Shown here piece by piece: positions 56,378 to 64,000 of a stretch of DNA of 64,000 bases. The notes beneath the pieces are model-generated. The model worked only from the letters and a program-made list of their open reading frames with translations. It was not told where the DNA came from and searched no databases. The translations under genes and the position numbers were made by a program. Origin of the DNA: an uncultured Spirochaetota bacterium (GTDB taxonomy: Bacteria > Spirochaetota > Spirochaetia > SZUA-6 > Fen-1364); the NCBI GenBank assembly GCA_963781885.1, contig CAWAHW010000007.1:160001-224000 (forward strand). Reading direction: 5' to 3'. How positions within the stretch are numbered: position 1 is the first letter of the stretch; every line of letters starts with the position of its first letter.

Positions 56378-56413
56378 GGTTTGATAGGCCGTCCGCGAGG
56401 CCCTGACGGGCCC

Positions 56414-57166
56414 CTACAGCTTGAAGATCCGGGAAACGAGCAGAAGTACCAAATAGTAGAAGTACGGGAATACGGCGGCGAGCCGCCATGGCTTGCGGCC
56501 GATGCCGGAAAGCGCGCCGAGACCCGCGGCATGCAGCTTCTTCGACGTCTGCTTCTCCCGGCCGGCGAAGATCTCGAAACAGTTCGCTGCATATAGCGAA
56601 ATGCCGGGATTGAGCTCCTTGCGGTGCTTGAGGATCCACTTGTCGCGCCCGGGGACGCCGGTTCCCACGAGGACCATCGAGGGCGACGACTTCTTCACCG
56701 CCATCACGATGTCCCCTTCCACACCCCGGGGGAAAAAGCCGTAGAAGCGGCCGACGACGCGGATCTCGTGGAAACTTCCCTTGAGATTTTCCTCCGCGAT
56801 CTCCAAGACCTCCTTGCGCGCGCCCAGGAGATAGACGGATCCCTTTGCCTTTTCGATGACGCTCAGGATGCGGATGATGTATTCGAAGGGATTGAACAGG
56901 CTGAGATTTCCCGCCCCGAGGAAGTGCGCGCCTTGCACGATGGGCAGGGAGACCGGGAGGATGAGGGCAGCGTCGCGCAGACAGCGCATGAGCTCGGGGT
57001 CGTGACGCGCGCGGAGCAGACCCCGCAGCGACAGGAAGACGACCTGGTTGTGCTGCCCGTTGTCCAGCAGCTCCGCGACGACCTGCGGCGTGGCATCCGC
57101 GCCGATGCAGTCCACGGGAACGTTGAGAACCTTGATCCTTTTCACTCCGCTTGTGCCGGTCTCCAC
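56414..57166 (-). CDS. WecB/TagA/CpsF family glycosyltransferase
   Basis: LNVPVD, VYLLGA, G...GFF, VLVG.GVP. Confidence 0.85.
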   Translation of the reverse strand: METGTSGVKRIKVLNVPVDCIGADATPQVVAELLDNGQHNQVVFLSLRGLLRARHDPELMRCLRDAALILPVSLPIVQGAHFLGAGNLSLFNPFEYIIRILSVIEKAKGSVYLLGARKEVLEIAEENLKGSFHEIRVVGRFYGFFPRGVEGDIVMAVKKSSPSMVLVGTGVPGRDKWILKHRKELNPGISLYAANCFEIFAGREKQTSKKLHAAGLGALSGIGRKPWRLAAVFPYFYYLVLLLVSRIFKL

Positions 57167-57924
57167 GCATCATTCTCCTGAAGAATCGTCATGACCGCCC
57201 CGAGCGCAAACGTCGCGGCGGTTTCCACGCGCAAGATGCCGGTGTCGAAATGCACCGGCTGGAAGCCCGCGCCCGTCGCCCGGGTGAGCTCCGCGTCAGA
57301 CAGGCCGCCTTCCGGGCCGATGAGCACGCTCACCGTCGCGGGCCTTCCCGCGAGGATCTGGTGGAGCGTCCTGCCGGCCACCGGCTTCTCGTGGAACACG
57401 AGCCCCGTCCCCCAGTCCTCCCCGGCTTCGAAAAGGGAGCTAAAGCTCCGCGGCTCGTCGATCACCGGCACCGTCGGCGTGCCGCTCTGCTGGACGGCCT
57501 CCCGCGCGATCCGCATCAGCCGTTCCGCCCTGCCGTCCCGGTTGCCCGGGCGCACGACCGAATGCTCGCTTTCAAGCGGAACGATCCGGGCCACTCCTGC
57601 CTCTGTCGCCTGTCGGACAATGAGATCGATTTTGCGCCCCTTTGGCAAGCACTGCAGGAGGACGATCCGCGTCCCTGTCGTCCGCGTCGGGGGCGCGCCG
57701 TCCGCGGCCTTTCCGCCGGCGGGCTGCGGGGTGAGCGCGACGAGGCAGTCGCGTGCGCCGACGCTGACGATGCGCATGAGGTAGGAGGCGCCCGCGAGGT
57801 CGCGCGCAGGCAGCTCCGCTCCCGGGGCGAGCCGCCGCACGACGATGAGGTGGCGGAAATCCCCGCCGTGGAGCGTGAGTCTCTCTTCCCCGGCGTACCG
57901 ACCGGGCAGGAGGAACTGTTTCAT
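57142..57924 (-). CDS. rsmE: 16S rRNA m3U1498 methyltransferase
   Basis: H...V.R, LPKG.K.DLIVRQATE.GV, EA..QSG, IGPEGG, ILRVETA. Confidence 0.93.
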   Translation of the reverse strand: MKQFLLPGRYAGEERLTLHGGDFRHLIVVRRLAPGAELPARDLAGASYLMRIVSVGARDCLVALTPQPAGGKAADGAPPTRTTGTRIVLLQCLPKGRKIDLIVRQATEAGVARIVPLESEHSVVRPGNRDGRAERLMRIAREAVQQSGTPTVPVIDEPRSFSSLFEAGEDWGTGLVFHEKPVAGRTLHQILAGRPATVSVLIGPEGGLSDAELTRATGAGFQPVHFDTGILRVETAATFALGAVMTILQENDAWRPAQAE

Positions 57925-57958
57925 GGCAGCGCCTCCTTTCGAGGGCCGTGTGGATGCC

Positions 57959-59368
57959 TTAAGAGGCGGGCGTCGGTATTTCGTGGTTCTCCAGGGCCTT
58001 CACCGCCGCCTGGAGAACGGTATCGAAGTCCAGGTCATAGGCCGGCGGCGTGTTCACGGAGGATTCCACCTGGTCGCGCACGAGCCGCCGCAGGTAACGG
58101 TCGTTCAGCACGTTGCCCTGCGCGTGGAGCGAGGCGACGAACTTCGTCACCTGGTCGTCGGTGGGCTGCGGGTTGGCCTTCACGAAATCCTTGATGAGCG
58201 TGCCGTTGAGCAGGTCGTTCAGCGATTTTTGCTCGACGTCCGTCAGGTCGGGCTCCTTGATCTCGCGGTCCGGCAGGATGCCCACCTTGTCGATCGTCAC
58301 GCCCGAGGGCAGGTAGTAGCGGGACGTGGTGAGGCGGAATCCGCCGTCGCCCAACGGCTGGACCGTCTGCACCGATCCTTTGCCATACGTCTTGACGCCG
58401 AAGAGCAAGGCGCGGTGGTAGTCGCGCAGCGCCCCCGCCACGATCTCCGAGGCGGATGCGGATCCTCCGTCCACGAGAACGACGACCGGGATCTTGGGAT
58501 CCACGAGCATGCGATTGCGCCGCGCGTTGTAGACGATGTTCTCCGAGGCGACCCGTTCGTTCTTCCTCTGGACGATGAGACCCTGGTCGATGAAGAGGTT
58601 CGCCACCTCCACGCCCGCGTCCAGGACGCCGCCCGGATTCTGCCGTAGGTCGAGGATGAGCGACGTGTAGCCCGCGTCCTGGAAGGCGCGGATGGCGTCG
58701 CGGGCGCGCTCGGGCGCCTGCGGCGTGAACTGCGTGATGCGCATGTAGCCGATGGTGCCGTCGATCATGGCATGGACGACGACGGGAAGCTCGATGATGT
58801 CGCGCGTGAGGGTGGCGTCGAACTGGATGTGCTCGCCGCGCTTCACCGTGACCGTCACGTCGGTCTTCGGCTCCCCGCGCAGCCGGGCGGTGATGTCGGT
58901 GAGGGAGATGTCCGCCATGGAGTCACCGTTCACCTTGATGATCACGTCCCCCGCGGTGATGCCGGCCTTGAAGGCGGGCGTGCCCTCGAAGGCGGTCGTC
59001 ACCTGGGCGCCCACCTTTTCGAGCTTCGTGATGGCAAGACCCACGCCGCCGAAGGATCCGTTCACGGTATCGCTCAGGGACTCCCAGTCTTTCGCCGCCA
59101 TGAAACGGGAGTTCTGGTCGCCCAGCGCGTTGAACATGCCGGTGAGCGCCCCTTCGTAGAGGGCCTTGGGCTGCGCCTTGTCGGCGTCAACGTAGTCGTC
59201 GCGTATCTCGCGAAAGACCTGGCCGATGGTTGCGAGGTACGCCTGCGTCTCATCCTCCGCGCTGCCGGCGAGCAGCCGCGGCGACAGGGCAAAGAAGGCG
59301 AGGCCGGCGAGCAGCACGGCGGTGACAACGGTCCAGACGATACGCTCTTTCGAGCCAAACGGTCTCAT
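57959..59368 (-). CDS. ctpA: S41 carboxyl-terminal processing protease
   Basis: PDZ (FGGVG..PA.KAGI..GD), LDLRQNPGG, SASASEIVAGAL, YGKGSVQ, GI.PD. Confidence 0.93.
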   Translation of the reverse strand: MRPFGSKERIVWTVVTAVLLAGLAFFALSPRLLAGSAEDETQAYLATIGQVFREIRDDYVDADKAQPKALYEGALTGMFNALGDQNSRFMAAKDWESLSDTVNGSFGGVGLAITKLEKVGAQVTTAFEGTPAFKAGITAGDVIIKVNGDSMADISLTDITARLRGEPKTDVTVTVKRGEHIQFDATLTRDIIELPVVVHAMIDGTIGYMRITQFTPQAPERARDAIRAFQDAGYTSLILDLRQNPGGVLDAGVEVANLFIDQGLIVQRKNERVASENIVYNARRNRMLVDPKIPVVVLVDGGSASASEIVAGALRDYHRALLFGVKTYGKGSVQTVQPLGDGGFRLTTSRYYLPSGVTIDKVGILPDREIKEPDLTDVEQKSLNDLLNGTLIKDFVKANPQPTDDQVTKFVASLHAQGNVLNDRYLRRLVRDQVESSVNTPPAYDLDFDTVLQAAVKALENHEIPTPAS

Positions 59369-59506
59369 GCGCTTCTCCCCAAGGCACCATACCACGCCGG
59401 CGCCAATGGTTGTCAATGTACATCCTTTTCCCCTTGCCGGCATGTGCAGGCGGTGGCAGGTCAATGCCTTGACCTCTCTTTTGCACCCCCGCTACACTCA
59501 CCCGCG

Positions 59507-59980
59507 ATGTCCACACGGCGCGGCGTCCTCCTTGCCTGCTCCCTCTGGGAGCTGGTGCGTTTTTTTCTCGTCCTCCTCCTCTTTGTCGCCACGCTGCAGG
59601 ACGCCGCGGGAGTGGGCCCCTGGGTCTACCCGTGGCTGCTCTTCGTCGGTTCGGGAAACCTCCTCATCGCCGTGGGCGACGGCATGCTCGCCCTCTTTCC
59701 GGCGCGGTATGAGGCGCTCATCGCTTTCCTGCGTCTGGGCAAGCTCATGAGCGTCTTTTCATTCCTCCTCCTCATCCTCGCCGGCTCTCTCCGTGTCGCC
59801 TCCTCCCGCGTGGTTTTCGGCGTCGGTCTGGTCGCGGTCACCCAGGGTGCCGTGCTGCTTGCGGTGTTTCTCCTGGACCTCGTGAGCCTGGGAGTCCTCA
59901 TGACTTGGAAAAAGGAGTCGACGCCTGTCGCTCCGTCAGACGACAACCTGCCGGCGTATACGGAGACCGAATGTAGATGA
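59507..59980 (+). CDS. Hypothetical 4-TM membrane protein
   Basis: TTGACC-18-TACACT promoter just upstream of ATG 59507; four hydrophobic helices. Confidence 0.7.
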   Translation: MSTRRGVLLACSLWELVRFFLVLLLFVATLQDAAGVGPWVYPWLLFVGSGNLLIAVGDGMLALFPARYEALIAFLRLGKLMSVFSFLLLILAGSLRVASSRVVFGVGLVAVTQGAVLLAVFLLDLVSLGVLMTWKKESTPVAPSDDNLPAYTETECR

Positions 59981-60032
59981 CTATCACTAGGACATCCCCG
60001 CGCCTCTCCTCCCGCCCCGCTCCGGCCTGAGC

Positions 60033-61508
60033 ATGCCGCATCGACGGTTGTTTGGGGTAGCCCTGCTCCTGCTCTGTCTTTGCCCGTCCGTCTTTGCCGC
60101 AACGACGCCGCGGCTGCTCATGACGCCACCCGTTTGGAGATTCGGGTGGGTGCGGCAGGGCGACAAGATTTCGCTGGCCGTCGTCGTGAGAAACGAAGAG
60201 ACCCGCGGCCTTTCCGTGACATTCGTGCCGACCTGCGACTGCCTCACGGTGGAGAAGGGGACCCAGCAGGTCCCGGCCGGGGGACAGGCGACATTCGTCC
60301 TGCACTACGATTCCACGGACGATACCGGCAATATCCGTCGAGGCTTCCTCATCTCCACGGACCTCGCCGATGCAAAGCAGATCTCCTACATGATCTACGG
60401 CACCGTTCGGCAGGAGCGCGCGCTCCCCGCGGCTGGCGCCGCGCCGCCCGCGGGCGCGGACACGACGGGCAGCGTGACGGTGAGCTATTTCTACACGCCG
60501 GGCTGCCGCAGCTGCGAGGAGTTCCTTGATACGGAGATCCCGCGCCTCTCACGGGCGCTGGGCCGCGATATCGTGGTGGTGAAAAAGGACCTGCTGGACC
60601 CCGCGGTATTCGAGGAGCTGAATGCGGCGGCCGCGGCGCGCGGGCGCGCGCTCACCGAGGTGCCGGTCCTGCTCGCCGGGGATACGCTCCTGGTCGGCGA
60701 CAAGGAGATCCGCGCGCGCCTCCCGGGCGTATTGACGGCGCTCGTCGCCGGGGAGCCGCGCGCCGCGGCCCCGTCCGCGGCGGGCCCTCTCGGTCTCACG
60801 GACAAGCTTGCGATTCTTCCCGTGTTCGTTGCCGGGCTGATCGACGGAATCAACCCGTGTGCCTTCACCACCCTCATCTTTCTCCTCGCGTCCCTCGCCC
60901 TGGCGGGCAGGGGAAGACGCGAGGTGCTCCTCATCGGCGCGATCTTCTCCGCGTCGGTCTTTCTCACCTACTTTCTCATCGGTCTGGGATTCTTTGCGGC
61001 CCTTCGCGCGGCGAATGCCGTTCCCGTGGTCTCCGCGATCCTCCGCTGGGTGCTCGTCGCCGTGCTCGCGGTCTTCGCGGGTCTTTCCGTCTACGACTAC
61101 ACCCGCATCCGCGCCGGCCATCCCACGGAAATGCTCCTCCAGCTTCCCGCGTCTTTCAAAAAGCGCATCCATTCCTCGATTCGCGGCGGGGTCCGGACCG
61201 CGGCCATCGCGGGAAGCTCCGTTGTCATGGGCTTCCTGGTGTCCATCTTCGAGTTCGCCTGCACGGGGCAGGTCTATCTGCCCACCCTCGCCTACTTCGC
61301 GCGCTCCGCGCACCGGCTCTCCGCCGTGCTTCTTCTTGCCCTCTACAATATCTGCTTCATTCTCCCCCTCCTGGTAGTCTTCGCGGTCAGCTATTTCGGG
61401 GTGAGCTCCGCCCGCATCACGACGGCGTTCCAGAAGCACATGGGAAAGGTGAAGCTCGCCCTTGCGGTCGTGTTCGTCGGGCTCGCCGTCTTCACCCTTG
61501 TCGGATGA
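60033..61508 (+). CDS. DUF1573 Ig-like + thioredoxin-like + CcdA/DsbD-type membrane domain protein
   Basis: Signal peptide, TCDCL, YFYTPGCRSC, GL.DGINPCAF, E..CTGQVYLP. Confidence 0.85.
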   Translation: MPHRRLFGVALLLLCLCPSVFAATTPRLLMTPPVWRFGWVRQGDKISLAVVVRNEETRGLSVTFVPTCDCLTVEKGTQQVPAGGQATFVLHYDSTDDTGNIRRGFLISTDLADAKQISYMIYGTVRQERALPAAGAAPPAGADTTGSVTVSYFYTPGCRSCEEFLDTEIPRLSRALGRDIVVVKKDLLDPAVFEELNAAAAARGRALTEVPVLLAGDTLLVGDKEIRARLPGVLTALVAGEPRAAAPSAAGPLGLTDKLAILPVFVAGLIDGINPCAFTTLIFLLASLALAGRGRREVLLIGAIFSASVFLTYFLIGLGFFAALRAANAVPVVSAILRWVLVAVLAVFAGLSVYDYTRIRAGHPTEMLLQLPASFKKRIHSSIRGGVRTAAIAGSSVVMGFLVSIFEFACTGQVYLPTLAYFARSAHRLSAVLLLALYNICFILPLLVVFAVSYFGVSSARITTAFQKHMGKVKLALAVVFVGLAVFTLVG

Positions 61509-61568
61509 TATGCCTTTGGCTATGCTTTCCCTGACGGACCGCGGCACGAAGGGTCTGATGGAACCTCA

Positions 61569-64000
61569 ATGGCAATAAAAGGCGATCTGAAGCTCGAGAT
61601 CGACGAGCAGGGCATCGAGGTCCGCATCACCATCACGCCGGACGAGGCGGGCGGGGAGATCACGCCCGAGAGCATTGGCGCGATGCTCGCGGAAAAGAAG
61701 GTCCGGACCGGCATCGACAGCGAATCCATCGACAAGGCTTTCCGCACCCTCGCGCGAAAGAAGACGGAGCCCCTCACATTCGTCGCCGCGGCCGGCGCGG
61801 CTCCCCAGCCGGGCGCGCCGGAAAGCGTCGAGTTCATCGAGAGCCCGATCCCCGCGCGCCTCGCCGCGGTTGCGGAGAAGCTGCTCGTCGCAGCAGCCGC
61901 GCCCGTGGGCTACCGGCTGCGCGAAGAGCGGGTGAAGGTGGAGAAAAAGGTCCTCAAAAAGCCCGCGCTCCCCTTCCTTCCCGCACGGGTGCAGGTCGAG
62001 GTCGTCATTGAAAAGAGGATCGTGAAGGACCCGGTTCCGATCGACCCGACCGTGACGGAAACCGGTTACGTGATCAAAGGGGCCGTGGTGGCCCGCATAA
62101 AGCCGGGTGTGCAGGGAAAAGAAGGAAAGAGCGTCTTCGGCCGGCTCATTCCCGCCCCACGCCCCGAGGACGATGGCCTTCTCTTCTGCGCCGGCCTCAC
62201 GCGCGCGGGTGCCGAGGTCACCGCCGACGTCACTGGTTTCCTCCGCAAGGGCGCCGGCTGGTGCGACATGGTGCCCTTCCGCGATCATGCCGTGGTCGTC
62301 GCGGCATCAAAGGACAACCTCACGTGCCTCCTGTCGCTCGTGCCCGGCGACCCCGCGGCACCACGGCCCGACGCGGCGGACGTCCTTGCGCGGGCGCAGA
62401 CGCTGGGCTTCGCCGGGACGGACCTGCTTGCCGCCGATGAGATCGACGCGATGCTGCGCGATGCCATCTCCCGGCGGGCGCCCCTCACTGCCGTGTCCAT
62501 CACGCCCGTCGTCAACGGCGCCGCCGCGGTCATCGTGTCCGAGGATCGGATGAAGGCCGTGCTGCACCTGCGCAAGGGTCGGGGAGGCGGGAGGCCGCTC
62601 CTGCCCGCCGCGGTGAGCGAGGCAATCCGGGCGAGCCGGGTCAAGGGATTCGATGCGCAGACCGTCCGCAAGGATCTGCTTGCGTTCTTTGCGGGCCGCA
62701 CCGCGGAGCTTGCCGACTACGTGCTCGTGAGCGGAAGAGCCCCGAAGCCGGGCTCCGACCCCAAGCTGGAGTGGCGCGCCCTTTTCCTTCCGGCCGATGA
62801 AATGGAAACGATCCGGGGCACGGCGATGGCGAATGCCGGCCGTCTTGCATCCCTCGCGTCACTGACCTCGTTCCCCCTGGACAAAGTGGAGGCCGTGGCG
62901 CGCGTGAAGGCGGACGCCGAGGTCCTGAAGATCACCGCTTCCATCGGCGGGGAGCCGGGCGTCGACGTCTTCGGCACCGTCACGCCCCCTCCGCGCAGCG
63001 GCCGCGGCGAGGTGCGGCTTTTCGAAGGCGTCGCCCTGCGCAAGGACGCGGTGGTCGCCACCGAAGAAGGAATCCTGGAAAAGGGCAGCGACGGCCTGGT
63101 GACGCTCCTGCGGGTGCGGCCGCATCGGGACGCGGAGCTGCAGGTCGCCGTCGCTGCGGACCGCATGAAGGCCGTCCTCAGCCACTTTCCGCCGCGCGGC
63201 GACGGGGCCCTCCTCTCCGCGGAGGACGTGCGCGAGCGCATCCGCAGGGCCGGCGTGCAGAAGGGCATCGACGAGCCGATGCTGCGCGTCGCCCTGGACA
63301 GGGTGGCGCGCGGGGAGGAGTTCGCCGACCTCCTCATCGCGACCGGGAAGAAGCCTGCCCTGGAAGCGCGGAAGAGGATCGTCTATCACGTGCAGGTCGC
63401 CACCGGCAAGGCGGTGTCCATCCGCGCCGACGGCAGGGCGGATTTCCGCGCGCAGGACCGCATCACGCGGGTGACCAAGGGCGACAGGATCGCGACCGTC
63501 CGCGCGCGCGACCCGCAGGCAGAGGACGGCTGGGACGTCACGGGCACGGCCCTCACGCTTCCGCCAGAAGCGCAGGAAACGCTCCATCCGGGGAAGGGCG
63601 TGCGCGAAGACCTCCAGACGGATGGGAGCATTCTCTTCACGGCGGAGGCCTCCGGCGAGCTCGTCCACGACGGCGGCACGCTCTCCATCATGGAGGCGCA
63701 TACCGTGGAGGGCGACATCGGCATGGCCACCGGCAACGTCAAGTTTCCCGGCAACGTCCGCGTGGGCGGGTCGGTACGCGCGGGCTTCACCGTCGTGGCC
63801 GGCGGCGTGCTCGAGGTGGAGGCCTCCGTGGAAGCGGCCCTTCTCTCCGCGGACGGCTCCATCACCATCGGCCAGGGCATCAAGGGTGAAGGCAAGGCCG
63901 TCCTGCGCTCGAAGAAGGACATCTTCAGCGTGTTCGCGGAGCACTCCGTGCTCCTCGCCATCGGCGACGTGCACCTGCGCGGGCCCTGCGTCCGCTGCCA
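61569..64000 (+). CDS. fapA: FapA (DUF342) flagellar assembly protein A, long form, truncated by the window end
   Basis: Open frame from ATG 61569 to the edge. Repeated DRMKA.L modules, V..GI, G.DV.G, GDI...TGNVKFPGNV.V.GSV..GF.V.A.G. Confidence 0.85.
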   Translation, partial: MAIKGDLKLEIDEQGIEVRITITPDEAGGEITPESIGAMLAEKKVRTGIDSESIDKAFRTLARKKTEPLTFVAAAGAAPQPGAPESVEFIESPIPARLAAVAEKLLVAAAAPVGYRLREERVKVEKKVLKKPALPFLPARVQVEVVIEKRIVKDPVPIDPTVTETGYVIKGAVVARIKPGVQGKEGKSVFGRLIPAPRPEDDGLLFCAGLTRAGAEVTADVTGFLRKGAGWCDMVPFRDHAVVVAASKDNLTCLLSLVPGDPAAPRPDAADVLARAQTLGFAGTDLLAADEIDAMLRDAISRRAPLTAVSITPVVNGAAAVIVSEDRMKAVLHLRKGRGGGRPLLPAAVSEAIRASRVKGFDAQTVRKDLLAFFAGRTAELADYVLVSGRAPKPGSDPKLEWRALFLPADEMETIRGTAMANAGRLASLASLTSFPLDKVEAVARVKADAEVLKITASIGGEPGVDVFGTVTPPPRSGRGEVRLFEGVALRKDAVVATEEGILEKGSDGLVTLLRVRPHRDAELQVAVAADRMKAVLSHFPPRGDGALLSAEDVRERIRRAGVQKGIDEPMLRVALDRVARGEEFADLLIATGKKPALEARKRIVYHVQVATGKAVSIRADGRADFRAQDRITRVTKGDRIATVRARDPQAEDGWDVTGTALTLPPEAQETLHPGKGVREDLQTDGSILFTAEASGELVHDGGTLSIMEAHTVEGDIGMATGNVKFPGNVRVGGSVRAGFTVVAGGVLEVEASVEAALLSADGSITIGQGIKGEGKAVLRSKKDIFSVFAEHSVLLAIGDVHLRGPCVRC

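Overview
High-GC bacterial chromosomal window, most likely a free-living Spirochaetia member (inferred from the long FapA, the STAS-Zn-ribbon anti-anti-sigma factor, Asp-type MurA and spirochaete-style lipoproteins). Core content: three tandem M42 aminopeptidases, several two-component and c-di-GMP genes, a peptide ABC operon, nifU-SOR-ferritin, murA, a PspA/DjlA envelope cluster, fur-feoB-dtxR, rsmE, ctpA and fapA. An accessory, visibly more AT-rich island (~12.95-23.4 kb) carries an MNT-HEPN pair, a three-gene surface module (outer-membrane/transglutaminase/TPR protein, an Ig-like lipoprotein ending in WDxxxWDxxxW, and a signal-peptide-bearing phage tail-collar protein), an intact hsdR whose hsdM/S are deleted, and an AbiEii-like nucleotidyltransferase pair. 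Other notable items: a sigma-54 module (ankyrin, stand-alone MshEN, sensorless kinase, bEBP, Cys-rich PAS) with two promoters of identical enhancer geometry, a 72-bp hairpin tandem array, a 44-aa MetK N-terminal mini-ORF, many apparently leaderless genes, and about five +1 frameshifts that are probably assembly errors. No rRNA, tRNA, CRISPR array, integrase or transposase was recognised. All family calls come from reading motifs by eye, not from database searches.
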